The notes under the pieces were generated by a model, which had not been told where the DNA came from, searched no databases, and was given only the letters and a program-made list of their open reading frames with translations. Shown in pieces: positions 1-10,106 of a DNA stretch of 64,000 nucleotides. Each line of letters starts with the position of its first letter. The stretch's first letter is position 1. The translations under genes were made by a program, and so were the position numbers. Source of the stretch: Desulfosoma sp. (lineage in GTDB: Bacteria; Desulfobacterota; Syntrophobacteria; Syntrophobacterales; DSM-9756); the NCBI GenBank assembly GCA_037481835.1, contig JBBFKW010000006.1:1-64000 (forward strand), read 5' to 3'.

Positions 1-2
1 AA

Positions 3-89
3 TCGAATGAAAAATTTGTAGTGCAGAATTCAAAACCACATCCAAGCAAAATCAAAGCCTTACACACAAAAGTGACAAACTTGGGCTAA
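3..89 (+). mobile_element. Probable right end of an IS1634-family element (transposase C-terminus, cut by the window edge)
   Basis: AT-rich stretch. Frame 3 reads ...KFVVQNSKPHPSKIKALHTKVTNLG*, through GTGACAAACTTGGG to a stop in CTAA. This resembles, from memory, IS1634 transposase tails that read through the terminal repeat. Only 89 nt are visible. Confidence 0.4.
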
Positions 90-521
90 GGCTTCCATCT
101 TCCATTTGGAAGCTCGTCAACTCCTTCCTGCCCCACGTTCTTGCCGCCTGAAGAGCTCTCCACAGCCACAGCTCACGCGCCCGTGCCTGCAGGAGCGTGT
201 TCCAAAATTCGCCGAACCGTCACGCCCGCGCAAGCGGGAGCCCATAGCCTGCTGAAAATCTTACCCCGCTTTGGCAGGGACAAGGGATGCAGGCTCAACG
301 CGGCACATTCTCCATGCTCAGGCAAGCTCCCACAGGAGCACGGTCGGGATTCTTGTTTCCCGAAAACGCCGTCAGCGGGCACGTCGTCGAAACACGGCGG
401 AAAACGCAACACGCTGCTTCAACGCAGGCTCGCCGCCCCTTCTGCACCCGCCCGGAAGGCCTTGGAGGGCTCCGATGGGCACCTGCTCGCCCAAGGGGGA
501 GAAGAGGAGCACATTTTGGGG

Positions 522-551
522 TTGACAGCTTGCTATGCTGCTGGCATATCA
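522..551 (+). promoter_or_regulatory. Putative sigma70 promoter and operator of the catabolic operon
   Basis: TTGACA at 522-527, followed by the imperfect inverted repeat TGCTATGC-N5-GCATATCA at 531-551. Confidence 0.4.
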
Positions 552-645
552 GAGACGCATCATTGTTTGATCATTACTCGTTCAGAAGTGAACGCCGCCG
601 AAGATGGGCGAGACCCAGAGCCCTCAGCCCCTGTGAGGTTTCCTT

Positions 646-1377
646 ATGCTCTACCGCGTCCGCCGAAAAACCCAGTCGTGGTACGGTGAATCCATTGGGA
701 TTTTGATCCTCAAAGCCTCCTACCCTTGCATTCCGGGAAACGTGGGCAATGCCACCACCTTTCCCTTTCCCGTGCGCTACCAGGCGGTGGAAGGCGCCAC
801 CATCGACCGGCTGCTGAACCAACAAGACCCTTCCCTTGCCGGCCCCTTCATCGAAGCAGCCAAGCGCCTCAGAGACCGTGGCGTCCGGGCCGTCACTGGG
901 GCCTGCGGCTTCATGGCCCTCTTCCAGAAGGAGGTGGCCGCCGCCCTGGATATCCCCGTCTTTCTGTCCAGTCTCCTTCAGATCCCCTTCATCTATCAGG
1001 TGACCGGAAGGCCCGTGGGCATCATCACCGCCAACGCATCCCGGCTCACAAGAAAGCACTTCCAAGCCTGCCATGTTCCGCCCGAGATCCCCCTGGCGAT
1101 TGCGGGCATGGAAAACAAACAGGAATTCAGGGAGGCCATCCTTGAGGAGAAAGGAACCCTGGATTCCGAAAAGATTGAACGGGAAGTGGTGGAGGTGGCC
1201 GAAGATCTGGTTTCCAAAAATCCCGATGTGGGGGCCATCCTTCTCGAATGCAGCGACCTGCCCCCCTATGCCCATGCCGTGCAGGCAGCCACCGATCGCC
1301 CCGTCTTCGATTTCGTCACCATGATTACCTATGTGCATCAGGCGCTGATACGGACACCCTATCACGGCTATATGTAA
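646..1377 (+). CDS. Asp/Glu/hydantoin racemase superfamily protein
   Basis: IPGNVGNATTFPFPV motif and two catalytic-type Cys motifs (GACGFM, LECSDL); 243 aa. Confidence 0.8.
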   Translation: MLYRVRRKTQSWYGESIGILILKASYPCIPGNVGNATTFPFPVRYQAVEGATIDRLLNQQDPSLAGPFIEAAKRLRDRGVRAVTGACGFMALFQKEVAAALDIPVFLSSLLQIPFIYQVTGRPVGIITANASRLTRKHFQACHVPPEIPLAIAGMENKQEFREAILEEKGTLDSEKIEREVVEVAEDLVSKNPDVGAILLECSDLPPYAHAVQAATDRPVFDFVTMITYVHQALIRTPYHGYM

Positions 1378-1405
1378 GGCGCGGACAGCTCACGGAGACA
1401 CCCTC

Positions 1406-2281
1406 ATGTTTTTCAACGTACTTGCCTTCGGGATCATGGTTGGGGCTATTTACACCCTGATAACCATAGGGTACAGCATGGTCTACGGAATACTCAGACT
1501 GATGAATTTCGCCCACGGCGACGTTTATATCTTTGGAACCCTGGTGGCGTGGAGTCTGCTGTCTGGCTATGGCTGGCATCCCCTGCCGGCCCTGCTCATC
1601 GCCGTTCTCAGCGGAGGGATCCTCGCTTCCGTCGTAGAATTCGTGGCCTACCGCCGGCTCCGGGCCTCCCAACACCGTATGATCTCCATGATCACCGCCC
1701 TGGGGGCGGCTTACATCATCCAGAACGCCTCTGAGCTCAAGTGGGGAAACCAGGTCCTTTCTTTCCCCTCCCTTTTCCCGCCTTACACGTTTTCCATCGG
1801 CCACATGACCCTGTCGTTGACCAACTTCATCACATTGCTTCTGGCTCTGGGAGTGATTGCGGGTTTTCACGCGTTTTTGAAACACCACAAAATGGGCAAA
1901 GCCATCCTCTGTGCCTCTGAAGACCTGAGCACTTCGGCCTTGATGGGAATACCCGTCAATCGAACCATCTCGATCGTCTATTTCCTCGGGGGCGCCTTGG
2001 GTGTCATTGGAGGCATCCTCTATTCGGCCTCGTACAACGTCATTGGCATCAGCATGGGCTTTCGAGGGACCATTGTCGCTTTTACGGCCGCGGTGATCGG
2101 TGGCATCGGAAGCTTTAGTGGGGCTTTTTTGGGGTCCATGATCCTGGGCGTCGCCGAGAACTTTGTTGGAGTCTATGTCTCAAGCAGCTTCAGAGATCCC
2201 ATCATTTTCCTTTTTCTCATACTCATCCTCCTGGTGAAGCCCACGGGCATCATGGGAGAGATAGAAATCAAGAAGGTGTGA
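1406..2281 (+). CDS. livH: Branched-chain amino acid-type ABC transporter permease (LivH family)
   Basis: GYSMVYGILRLMNFAHG and AAVIGGIGS motifs; multiple TM helices. Confidence 0.9.
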   Translation: MFFNVLAFGIMVGAIYTLITIGYSMVYGILRLMNFAHGDVYIFGTLVAWSLLSGYGWHPLPALLIAVLSGGILASVVEFVAYRRLRASQHRMISMITALGAAYIIQNASELKWGNQVLSFPSLFPPYTFSIGHMTLSLTNFITLLLALGVIAGFHAFLKHHKMGKAILCASEDLSTSALMGIPVNRTISIVYFLGGALGVIGGILYSASYNVIGISMGFRGTIVAFTAAVIGGIGSFSGAFLGSMILGVAENFVGVYVSSSFRDPIIFLFLILILLVKPTGIMGEIEIKKV

Positions 2282-2291
2282 TGAGGGGGTT

Positions 2292-3296
2292 ATGGAACAG
2301 AGGCAAGTGTTGGTGGCAGAGCCCGTGGGTCAGTTTGCCGATGTTCGGCATAGGGACAAAGGAAGGGACACATTGACCCTTGCGAAATACGCCGCGACGA
2401 CGGCCGTGGCTGCAGCGCTCTTGCTATTCCCCATCATTGTAAAAGACCCCTACTTGGTAGGGCTCATGAATTTCATGATTCTTTTCGGCATCTGCTGTCT
2501 GGGCCTCAATCTCGTCCTGGGTTATACGGGCCTCCTTTCCCTGGGCCACGCCGCATTCTACGGAATCGGCGCTTACACCACCGCCATTCTCATGACACGC
2601 CATGGATTCGGTTTCCTGCCGTCTCTGGCCCTATCCGGAGGGCTCACCATGGCGGTGGCACTCTTCCTTGGAATCCCCATCCGCAAGGTTCGAGGCGATT
2701 ACTTCTGCCTCATCACCATCGCCTTTGGCGAGATTTTCCGACTGGTGGCCCTTGCTTGGATAGGCTTTACGGGCGGGGCCATGGGTATCGTGGGCATCCC
2801 GGTGCCCAAGGTCCTGGGATATCCTCTGCGAAATGAAACGGATTTTTACTATTTCGGATTGTTGTTGCTGCTCCTCACTTACCTCACACTCCACTTGCTG
2901 GTGCACTCCCGGTTCGGGCGAGCCCTCGTGGCCATCCGGGAAGACGAACTAGCCGCCCAATCCATGGGCATCAACACGCCCCTTTACATGGTTCTATCCT
3001 TCACCATCGGATCCTTCTACGCCGGGATCGCCGGGAGCCTGCTGGCGGTTTATCAGACCACCGTCACCCCATCCAACTTCCGGCTGGAAGAGTCCTGCCT
3101 CATGATCATCATGGTCATCGTGGGTGGCATGGGGCGGCTCTGGGCACCTCTCGTCGGGGTGCTCATCATGACCGTCGCCACCGAACTCTTCCGCCCCCTG
3201 GACCAGTACCGCATGATGATCATCGGATCCATCATGATTGCCGTTCTATTGTTCAGGCCTCAGGGACTTTTAGGAATCTCCTCCTTCGGGGACTAG
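2292..3296 (+). CDS. livM: ABC transporter permease (LivM family)
   Basis: GYTGLLSLGHAAFYGIGAY, RGDYFCLITIAFGE and AIREDELAA motifs. Confidence 0.9.
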   Translation: MEQRQVLVAEPVGQFADVRHRDKGRDTLTLAKYAATTAVAAALLLFPIIVKDPYLVGLMNFMILFGICCLGLNLVLGYTGLLSLGHAAFYGIGAYTTAILMTRHGFGFLPSLALSGGLTMAVALFLGIPIRKVRGDYFCLITIAFGEIFRLVALAWIGFTGGAMGIVGIPVPKVLGYPLRNETDFYYFGLLLLLLTYLTLHLLVHSRFGRALVAIREDELAAQSMGINTPLYMVLSFTIGSFYAGIAGSLLAVYQTTVTPSNFRLEESCLMIIMVIVGGMGRLWAPLVGVLIMTVATELFRPLDQYRMMIIGSIMIAVLLFRPQGLLGISSFGD

Positions 3297-3321
3297 ACGG
3301 CCGTTTGCGAGGTGTCCCTTC

Positions 3322-4095
3322 ATGGTGCTGCTCGAAACCAAAAACCTCAAGAAACGCTTCGGCGGCGTCTATGCCGTCAACGATGTGTCCCTTCAAATCA
3401 GGCGGGGTGAGATCCTCGGGATGATCGGGCCCAACGGATCGGGGAAATCCACCTTCATCAACGTGATCACGAGAATCTACAGTCCCGACTCCGGCACCAT
3501 CCTTTTCAAGGGGGAGCCCATCGAGGGGCTTCCGCCGTATCGGGTCACGGAAAGGGGCATCACCCGCACGTTCCAGAATCTGCGCGTCTTTTCCAACATC
3601 TCCGTTCTGGACAACATCCTCATCGGCCGCCACACCCGCATCCCCAACTCCCTTCTGGACGTCTATTGGCGGCCCTTCACGGCGCGAAGGCGCGAGCGGG
3701 AAGCCGCCGACAGGGCGATGGAAATCCTCGCCATGGTGAACCTGGAGCACCGCAAGGACGAGCTGGTCAAGAATCTTCCCTACGGGGAACAGCGCCTCAT
3801 CGAGATCTGCCGGGCCCTGGCATCCGATCCCGACCTCCTTTTCCTGGACGAGCCGTGCGCCGGCATGAACCCCGTGGAGATGGACACCCTGGCGGGGTTC
3901 ATAAGGCGCCTCCAAGGGGATGGCTATACGATCTTCATCATCGAACACAACATGCGGTTCATCATGTCCGTGGCCGAAAGAATCGTCGTGCTCAACGCCG
4001 GGAGCAAATTCAGGGAAGGAAAACCCATGGAGATTCAGGCGGATCCTGAAGTTCAAAGAATATACCTGGGAGAAGAGGATGCCGGCGTATGTTAG
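3322..4095 (+). CDS. livG: ABC transporter ATP-binding protein (LivG family)
   Basis: Walker A GPNGSGKS, RTFQNLR, LPYGEQR, LDEP and IEHNM motifs. Confidence 0.9.
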   Translation: MVLLETKNLKKRFGGVYAVNDVSLQIRRGEILGMIGPNGSGKSTFINVITRIYSPDSGTILFKGEPIEGLPPYRVTERGITRTFQNLRVFSNISVLDNILIGRHTRIPNSLLDVYWRPFTARRREREAADRAMEILAMVNLEHRKDELVKNLPYGEQRLIEICRALASDPDLLFLDEPCAGMNPVEMDTLAGFIRRLQGDGYTIFIIEHNMRFIMSVAERIVVLNAGSKFREGKPMEIQADPEVQRIYLGEEDAGVC

Positions 4096-4832
4096 AAGTG
4101 AGAGGGATTTCCTCGGGCTACGGGAAAATCAAGATCCTTCATGAGGTCTCTCTGACCATTCGGCCGGGAGAGATCGTTTCCGTCATCGGGGCCAACGGCG
4201 CCGGGAAGACCACGCTGCTCAAGACCCTATCGGGGCTGATCCGCAGCTCTCAGGGAGAGATTCTTTTCGAATCCCGAAACATCGCTCGTCTTTCCCCTGA
4301 GAAAATCGCGGCCTTGGGCATCGTCCATGTCCCCGAAGGGCGGCGCGTCTTCGCCAAGTCCACGATCCAGGTCAATCTGGAAATGGGTGCCTTCCTGCGC
4401 AAGGACAAGGACGGCGTCAAGCACGACATGGAAAGATGCTTTGAACTGTTTCCCTTGTTGGCCGAGCGAAAGAACCAACTTGCCGGCACCCTGAGCGGCG
4501 GAGAGCAACAGATGCTGGCCATCGCCAGGGGACTCATGGCCAAGCCCAAGATCCTTCTCCTCGACGAACCGTCCATGGGCCTGGCCCCTTTCCTTGTCAA
4601 CGAAATCCTCCGGGTCATCTCCCAGCTCAATCAGAATGGCATGGCCGTGCTGCTCGTGGAGCAGAACGTGAAGAAGGCCCTTTCCATGACCCAGAGGGCC
4701 TATGTGATGGAACTGGGCAGGATCTGCCTTGAGGGGCGCTCGTGCGAGCTGCTGCACTCGCCGAGGGTAAGGTCCAGTTATCTTGGAGAAAACGTCGAAC
4801 ACGAAGGAGGATCACATGGTGAGGAAGGTTAG
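4089..4832 (+). CDS. livF: ABC transporter ATP-binding protein (LivF family)
   Basis: GANGAGKT, VPEGRRVF, LSGGEQQMLA and LLDEPSMGL motifs. Confidence 0.9.
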   Translation: MLEVRGISSGYGKIKILHEVSLTIRPGEIVSVIGANGAGKTTLLKTLSGLIRSSQGEILFESRNIARLSPEKIAALGIVHVPEGRRVFAKSTIQVNLEMGAFLRKDKDGVKHDMERCFELFPLLAERKNQLAGTLSGGEQQMLAIARGLMAKPKILLLDEPSMGLAPFLVNEILRVISQLNQNGMAVLLVEQNVKKALSMTQRAYVMELGRICLEGRSCELLHSPRVRSSYLGENVEHEGGSHGEEG

Positions 4833-5976
4833 CTGGGGGGTTTTCGTGGGTGTTGTTCTCGTTCTGGGTCTGTCCGTATGGGGTTTTGCCAAGGACGGGG
4901 TGGATCCGGACCGCAAGGTCGTACAGATCGTGGGCTATGACGCCGCCAGCGGTAAATACGGCGATTACGGCCTTGGAAATAAGCGGGGGCAGGAAATCGC
5001 CGTGGACGAGATCAACGCGGCGGGAGGAATCCAGAAGGGGTCTCTGAGCGGCTATCACCTGAAACTGGAATTCTTCGACGATCGCGGCGATCCCAAGGAA
5101 TCGGCCAATATCGCCAAGAGGATCTCGGCCGGAGACTATCTGGTGGCCATCGGCCCCACCATCAGCTCCTGCGCCCTGGCGGCGACCCCCGTCTTCTATC
5201 GGAGCCGGGTGCCGAACATCATCACCTATTCCAACGCCAACACCATCACCGAACAGGGCTTCGACAACGTCATCCGACTCACCTACACCACCAAATCCAT
5301 CGCCAGGTACATCGCCGAACAGGTGAAGAATCAGTTCGGCAAGAATTCCGTGGCTATTATCAGCGAAAACCAGGACTACGGACAGCAGCTGGTAAAGTAT
5401 TTCAAGGAGGCCGCAGATAGCTTGGGAATCTCCGTCACCTCGGAGAGTGTGATCACTCCGGGGCAGGACTTGGATTTCAAATCCGTTCTCCTGAAGGCCA
5501 TGGAGAAGGATCCCCAATTCCTGGTTCTCTTCGTGACCTACAACGAAGGCGGCATGATCGTGAGGCAGACCAGGCAGCTGGGCTGGAAAGTTCCCATATA
5601 CGTACCCGACGCCATGACGGAACCCAAGTTTTATGAACTGGCGGGGGATGTGTCCAACGTCTACATCCAGCTTTCCCCCACCATCGACATGTCCCGTCCG
5701 GCGGCCAAGATCCTGAAAGAAGAGTGGGAAAAGAGATACGGCGGCGTTCCTCCCCTTTCCGCCATCTATGGCTACGACGCCGTCAAAGTGGCGGTCAAGG
5801 TGATGGAGGCGGGGGCAACGGACCGGGAAAGTTTCATCAAACTCATGCGAACGGTGAAGCACGAAGGGGTGGCAAACCCACTCTATACATTCGATGACAA
5901 GGGAGACAGCCAGGCCCCGCCCTTCGTCACCATGCCCTGCAACGAATACTACGAGAAGAACATCAAGGGGAAATAA
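4816..5976 (+). CDS. ABC transporter substrate-binding protein (LivJ/K family)
   Basis: AAGGAGG RBS before ATG 4816; signal peptide; AVDEINAAGG, DDRGDP and YGYDAV motifs. Confidence 0.85.
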   Translation: MVRKVSWGVFVGVVLVLGLSVWGFAKDGVDPDRKVVQIVGYDAASGKYGDYGLGNKRGQEIAVDEINAAGGIQKGSLSGYHLKLEFFDDRGDPKESANIAKRISAGDYLVAIGPTISSCALAATPVFYRSRVPNIITYSNANTITEQGFDNVIRLTYTTKSIARYIAEQVKNQFGKNSVAIISENQDYGQQLVKYFKEAADSLGISVTSESVITPGQDLDFKSVLLKAMEKDPQFLVLFVTYNEGGMIVRQTRQLGWKVPIYVPDAMTEPKFYELAGDVSNVYIQLSPTIDMSRPAAKILKEEWEKRYGGVPPLSAIYGYDAVKVAVKVMEAGATDRESFIKLMRTVKHEGVANPLYTFDDKGDSQAPPFVTMPCNEYYEKNIKGK

Positions 5977-6041
5977 TGGACAAAGCCAGCCTTGACCTAG
6001 CGGGGCACCCCCCTGAGGTCAAGGTTTTTGGAGATGGACTG

Positions 6042-7334
6042 ATGATTGCCGATGATCGCATTCGAAATCTCGGGCTGTGGGCCGTTACGGCACCGCCGCC
6101 ACCTGCTCTCGCTGCGCTGGATGGCCATCTGACATGTGATGTGCTGGTCATCGGCGGAGGATACACGGGGGTATCCGCCGCCCTTCATTTGGCTCAGGCC
6201 GGCGTCAAGGTGGTTCTCCTTGAGGCCAACTACCTGGGATACGGCGGGTCCGGTAGGAATGTGGGCTTGGTCAACGCCGGGCTGTGGGTTCTGCCCGACG
6301 ACGTTGTCAGGGAGCTCGGCCCGGACTACGGCGAGCGATTGAATCACGTTCTGGGATCCTCGCCGGATCTGGTGTTCGCCTTGATCGACAAACACGGCAT
6401 CTCGTGCGAGGCTGTTCGCAACGGGACACTCCATTGTGCCCATTCGCCTTCGGGATATCGATACCTCCAGGAAAGGCAACGACAGTGGGGACGGCGCGGG
6501 GCCCCGGTGAGGCTGCTCGACGCCGAAACGGCGGCGGAAAAGATCGGATCCCGGGCCTATTACGGGGCCCTGTGGGATCTGCGGGCGGGCACCGTCCAGC
6601 CCCTGGCCTACCTCCACGGGCTCGCCCATGCGGCCGTCAGGAGCGGTGCGCTCCTCTATGTCCACTCGCCGGCACTTGCCGTTGAGAAGCATCACGGCGG
6701 CTGGCGGGTCAAGACCCCCGGCGGCAGCGTCAGTGCCAGCGGCATCATTCTGGCGACCAACGCCTATACCGACGGCATCCTGCCCGAACTCAAACGAACG
6801 TTCATCCGGTTCCACTATTTTCAGTTCGCCACCAGACCCCTCCCGGAAGCCGTTCGAAAAACCGTCCTCCCCGACCGGCACGGCACCTGGGACACCAACA
6901 CGGTCCTGTCCTCCATGAGGCTGGACGGTTCGGGAAGACTTATTGCCGGGAGCGTAGGGACCGTTGAAGATTTCGGCTATCCACTCCACAAGAGCTGGGC
7001 CAGGCGAATGATTCGAAAGATATTCCCTCAGCTTGGGAATGTGGATTTGGAGTATTCATGGTACGGTGTGATCGCCATGACTCGAAATCACATGCCGCGT
7101 TTCTATGAGCTCGGACCGGGTTTCATCACCGTCATGAGCTACAACGGGCGCGGCATAGGCCCCGGGACCATGTTCGGAAAACTCTTGGCCCAATACTTTC
7201 TCCATGGCGGAAAGGATGTGATCCCCCTGCCGGTATCGAGGCCTCAGTCCTTGCTGACCCGCAAGGCATGGGAAATTTTTTATGAAGCCGGGGCCAGGTT
7301 GTATCACGCTGTCCAAAAAGTCGTGCTTCCATGA
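6042..7334 (+). CDS. FAD-dependent oxidoreductase, DAO family, L-pipecolate oxidase/dehydrogenase (AmaA)-like
   Basis: GGGYTG FAD motif, [13 protein letters not shown] and [10 protein letters not shown]; adjacent to an ALDH7-type gene as in Pseudomonas amaAB. Start at 6042 has a GGAG RBS; 5976 is an alternative. Confidence 0.75.
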   Translation: MIADDRIRNLGLWAVTAPPPPALAALDGHLTCDVLVIGGGYTGVSAALHLAQAGVKVVLLEANYLGYGGSGRNVGLVNAGLWVLPDDVVRELGPDYGERLNHVLGSSPDLVFALIDKHGISCEAVRNGTLHCAHSPSGYRYLQERQRQWGRRGAPVRLLDAETAAEKIGSRAYYGALWDLRAGTVQPLAYLHGLAHAAVRSGALLYVHSPALAVEKHHGGWRVKTPGGSVSASGIILATNAYTDGILPELKRTFIRFHYFQFATRPLPEAVRKTVLPDRHGTWDTNTVLSSMRLDGSGRLIAGSVGTVEDFGYPLHKSWARRMIRKIFPQLGNVDLEYSWYGVIAMTRNHMPRFYELGPGFITVMSYNGRGIGPGTMFGKLLAQYFLHGGKDVIPLPVSRPQSLLTRKAWEIFYEAGARLYHAVQKVVLP

Positions 7335-7359
7335 AATGACAGCCGGGAAGGATTCCTTT

Positions 7360-8901
7360 ATGGATATGAAGGATGTTTTGGATCGACTTGGCATAGGATC
7401 GGAAAATTTCGGATGGAGCACCGGACGTGATTGGGGAAAGACCCCATCCGAAGGAATCCTCGAAAACACTTCGCCGGTGGACGGCACAGTGATCGCCAGG
7501 GTTTATCGCGCGTCCGTGGAAGAGTACCGCACGGTCATGGACCGGGCGCTGGAGGCGTTCGCCTCCTGGCGTCGTGTTCCCGCGCCCAAGCGGGGCGAGA
7601 TCATTCGCAAGATCGGGCTCAAATTGCGCCACTACAAGGATCTCCTGGGCCGTCTGGTGAGCTACGAAAACGGCAAGATTCTCCAGGAAGGCTGGGGAGA
7701 GGTCCAGGAGATGATCGACATGGCCGATTTCGCTGTGGGTCTGTCGCGTCAACTCTACGGCCTGACCATGCATTCCGAAAGGCCTTCTCACCGCATGTAC
7801 GAACAGTACCACCCTCTCGGCCCGGTGGGCGTCATCACCGCCTTTAATTTCCCGGTGGCGGTCTGGTCCTGGAATGCCTTCATCGCCGCTGTGTGCGGCG
7901 ATGTGGTCGTGTGGAAACCGGCCTCATCGGTCCCCCTTACGGCCATCGCCGTGCAAAACATCGTCTCGGAAGTTCTCAAGGAAGAGAACCTGCCCGAAGG
8001 CATCTTCAATCTGGTCATCGGCAGCGGCTCCACCATCGGGGAAGCCATGCTCACAGACACGCGGCTTCCGCTGATCTCCATCACCGGATCCACGGAAGTG
8101 GGCCGTCACGCCGCCACGCGGATTTCCCAGCGCCTGGGCCGATACATCCTGGAGTTGGGGGGGAATAACGCCATCATCCTCACGGAAAACGCCGATCTCA
8201 AATTGGCGGTTCCGGCCATCGTTTTCGGGGCTGTGGGCACGGCAGGCCAGCGGTGCACCACCACCAGGCGCCTCATTATTCACAGGAACATCTTCGACAG
8301 GGTGAAGGAAGCGCTCCTCAAGGCCTACGGGAGCCTTCGAATCGGCAACCCCCTCGACCCCGCCACTCATGTGGGCCCGCTCATCGATAGGGCGGCTGTG
8401 GACGTTTACGAGAAGGCCTTGCAACGCATAAGGCAGGAAGGAGGCGAAATCCTTTACGGCGGGAAGGTTCTCAAAGGGCCCGGTTATGAATCAGGTTGCT
8501 ACGTCGAACCCACACTGGTCATGGCTTCGCCCCAGATGCCCGTGGTCCATGAAGAAACCTTCGCCCCCATCCTGTATCTCCTGACCTACTCCGGGGACAT
8601 AGATGAAGCCATTGAGATCCAAAACAGTGTGCCTCAAGGACTTTCTTCGGCCGTTTTCACAACCAATCTCAAAGAAGCGGAAGCTTTCCTGTCCCCCTGG
8701 GGGTCGGACTGCGGCATCGCCAATGTGAACATTGGAACCTCCGGAGCGGAAATAGGCGGAGCCTTCGGCGGAGAAAAGGATACGGGAGGCGGCCGGGAAG
8801 CGGGCTCCGACGCCTGGAAGGCCTATATGCGGCGCCAGACGGTCACCATCAACTTCGGCAATGAGCTGCCTCTGGCCCAGGGCATCCGCTTCGAAATCTA
8901 G
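7360..8901 (+). CDS. Aldehyde dehydrogenase family 7 (antiquitin / P6C / aminoadipate-semialdehyde dehydrogenase, AmaB-like)
   Basis: [26 protein letters not shown], and the ALDH7-type tail [20 protein letters not shown]...PLAQGIRF. Confidence 0.9.
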   Translation: MDMKDVLDRLGIGSENFGWSTGRDWGKTPSEGILENTSPVDGTVIARVYRASVEEYRTVMDRALEAFASWRRVPAPKRGEIIRKIGLKLRHYKDLLGRLVSYENGKILQEGWGEVQEMIDMADFAVGLSRQLYGLTMHSERPSHRMYEQYHPLGPVGVITAFNFPVAVWSWNAFIAAVCGDVVVWKPASSVPLTAIAVQNIVSEVLKEENLPEGIFNLVIGSGSTIGEAMLTDTRLPLISITGSTEVGRHAATRISQRLGRYILELGGNNAIILTENADLKLAVPAIVFGAVGTAGQRCTTTRRLIIHRNIFDRVKEALLKAYGSLRIGNPLDPATHVGPLIDRAAVDVYEKALQRIRQEGGEILYGGKVLKGPGYESGCYVEPTLVMASPQMPVVHEETFAPILYLLTYSGDIDEAIEIQNSVPQGLSSAVFTTNLKEAEAFLSPWGSDCGIANVNIGTSGAEIGGAFGGEKDTGGGREAGSDAWKAYMRRQTVTINFGNELPLAQGIRFEI

Positions 8902-8987
8902 AGAGACTTCCCTGCAGCCGACACAAAGGTCGGTGGGCTCGGGCCGGCCCGGGCCCCCGATGGGTTTCCTTGGAGGTGCGATCACTT

Positions 8988-10106
8988 ATGGCCCTGTGTC
9001 TTATGGATGGAAATGAAGCCATTGCCCGAGCAGCTGTAGCGGCGGGCTGCCGATTTTTTGCAGGCTATCCCATTACACCGGCAACCACCATCTTCCACGA
9101 AATGCTCCGGCTGCTCCCGCCGCTCGGCGGCATTTGCCTGCAGGGCGAGGACGAAATTGCGTCCATGGGCTTCTGCATCGGCGCCGCCCTCTCGGGCCTC
9201 AGGGCCATGACCGCCACGTCGGGCCCTGGCATCAGCCTCTACAGCGAACAGATCTCCTTTGCCATCGGCAGTGAGATTCCCTTGGTCATCGTGGATGTAC
9301 AGCGCCTCGGCCCTTCTACGGGCTCGGCCACCAAGGGCGCCGATGGAGACGTGCAGTTCTTGCGATGGGGCAACTCCGGCGGCATCCCGGTGATCGTGTT
9401 GGCTCCCGTAGATGTGAAAGATTGCCTCACGCTGACGGTCCACGCCTTCGATCTGGCAGACCGCTTTCGATGCCCCGTCTTCATCGCCTCCAACAAAGAA
9501 GTGGGAATGACCCGCGAAACCCTAGACATGAGCCAATTTCAGTTTCCGGCTCAGACCACCAGAAAGACAGGAGATGAAAACTCGCCTTATTTGCCCTACG
9601 CCGCACCGGATGACGCTTCTGCCCCTCCTTTTCTGCCCTTTGGAAGCAGGCAATTGGTGCGGATCACCTCGTCCACCCATGGCGTGGACGGCTATATCAC
9701 AACGGACCCCATGGAGATCCAGCGTTTCCAAGAGCGACTGTGCGCCAAGATAGAAAACCATATTGATCAATTCAGCTTCTACGACTTCCACGAGACGCCG
9801 GGCGCCCAAACCCTTTTGATCACTTACGGCGTGACCGCCCGGGCGGCCCGAACGGCTGTCAAAATGGCCAGGGAAGCCGGAAAAGACGCATCGGTCCTGG
9901 TTTTGAAAACACTCTGGCCCGTGCCGGAAGCCGTCATTAGGCGGGCAGCCGGCCCGTGTTCGAAAGTGGTCGTGGCGGAGATGAACATGGGCCAGTACGT
10001 AAGGGAAATATCAAGGGTCTTGCCGGATCGGGATATCCGTTTCCTGGGCCGCATGAACGGAACCCTTCTCACTCCCTGGGAAATTCTGGAGGCGCTGAAG
10101 CAATGA
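8988..10106 (+). CDS. 2-oxoacid:ferredoxin oxidoreductase alpha subunit
   Basis: GNEAIA, YPITP, EDEIAS, TATSGPG and EMNMGQY motifs. Confidence 0.9.
   Translation: MALCLMDGNEAIARAAVAAGCRFFAGYPITPATTIFHEMLRLLPPLGGICLQGEDEIASMGFCIGAALSGLRAMTATSGPGISLYSEQISFAIGSEIPLVIVDVQRLGPSTGSATKGADGDVQFLRWGNSGGIPVIVLAPVDVKDCLTLTVHAFDLADRFRCPVFIASNKEVGMTRETLDMSQFQFPAQTTRKTGDENSPYLPYAAPDDASAPPFLPFGSRQLVRITSSTHGVDGYITTDPMEIQRFQERLCAKIENHIDQFSFYDFHETPGAQTLLITYGVTARAARTAVKMAREAGKDASVLVLKTLWPVPEAVIRRAAGPCSKVVVAEMNMGQYVREISRVLPDRDIRFLGRMNGTLLTPWEILEALKQ

Noticed and set aside
141..645. Several short ORFs, and a GTCACGCCCGCGCAAGCGGGAGCCCA palindrome near 219
   Set aside because: Low-complexity translations without RBS or motifs; the palindrome is a single degenerate copy.
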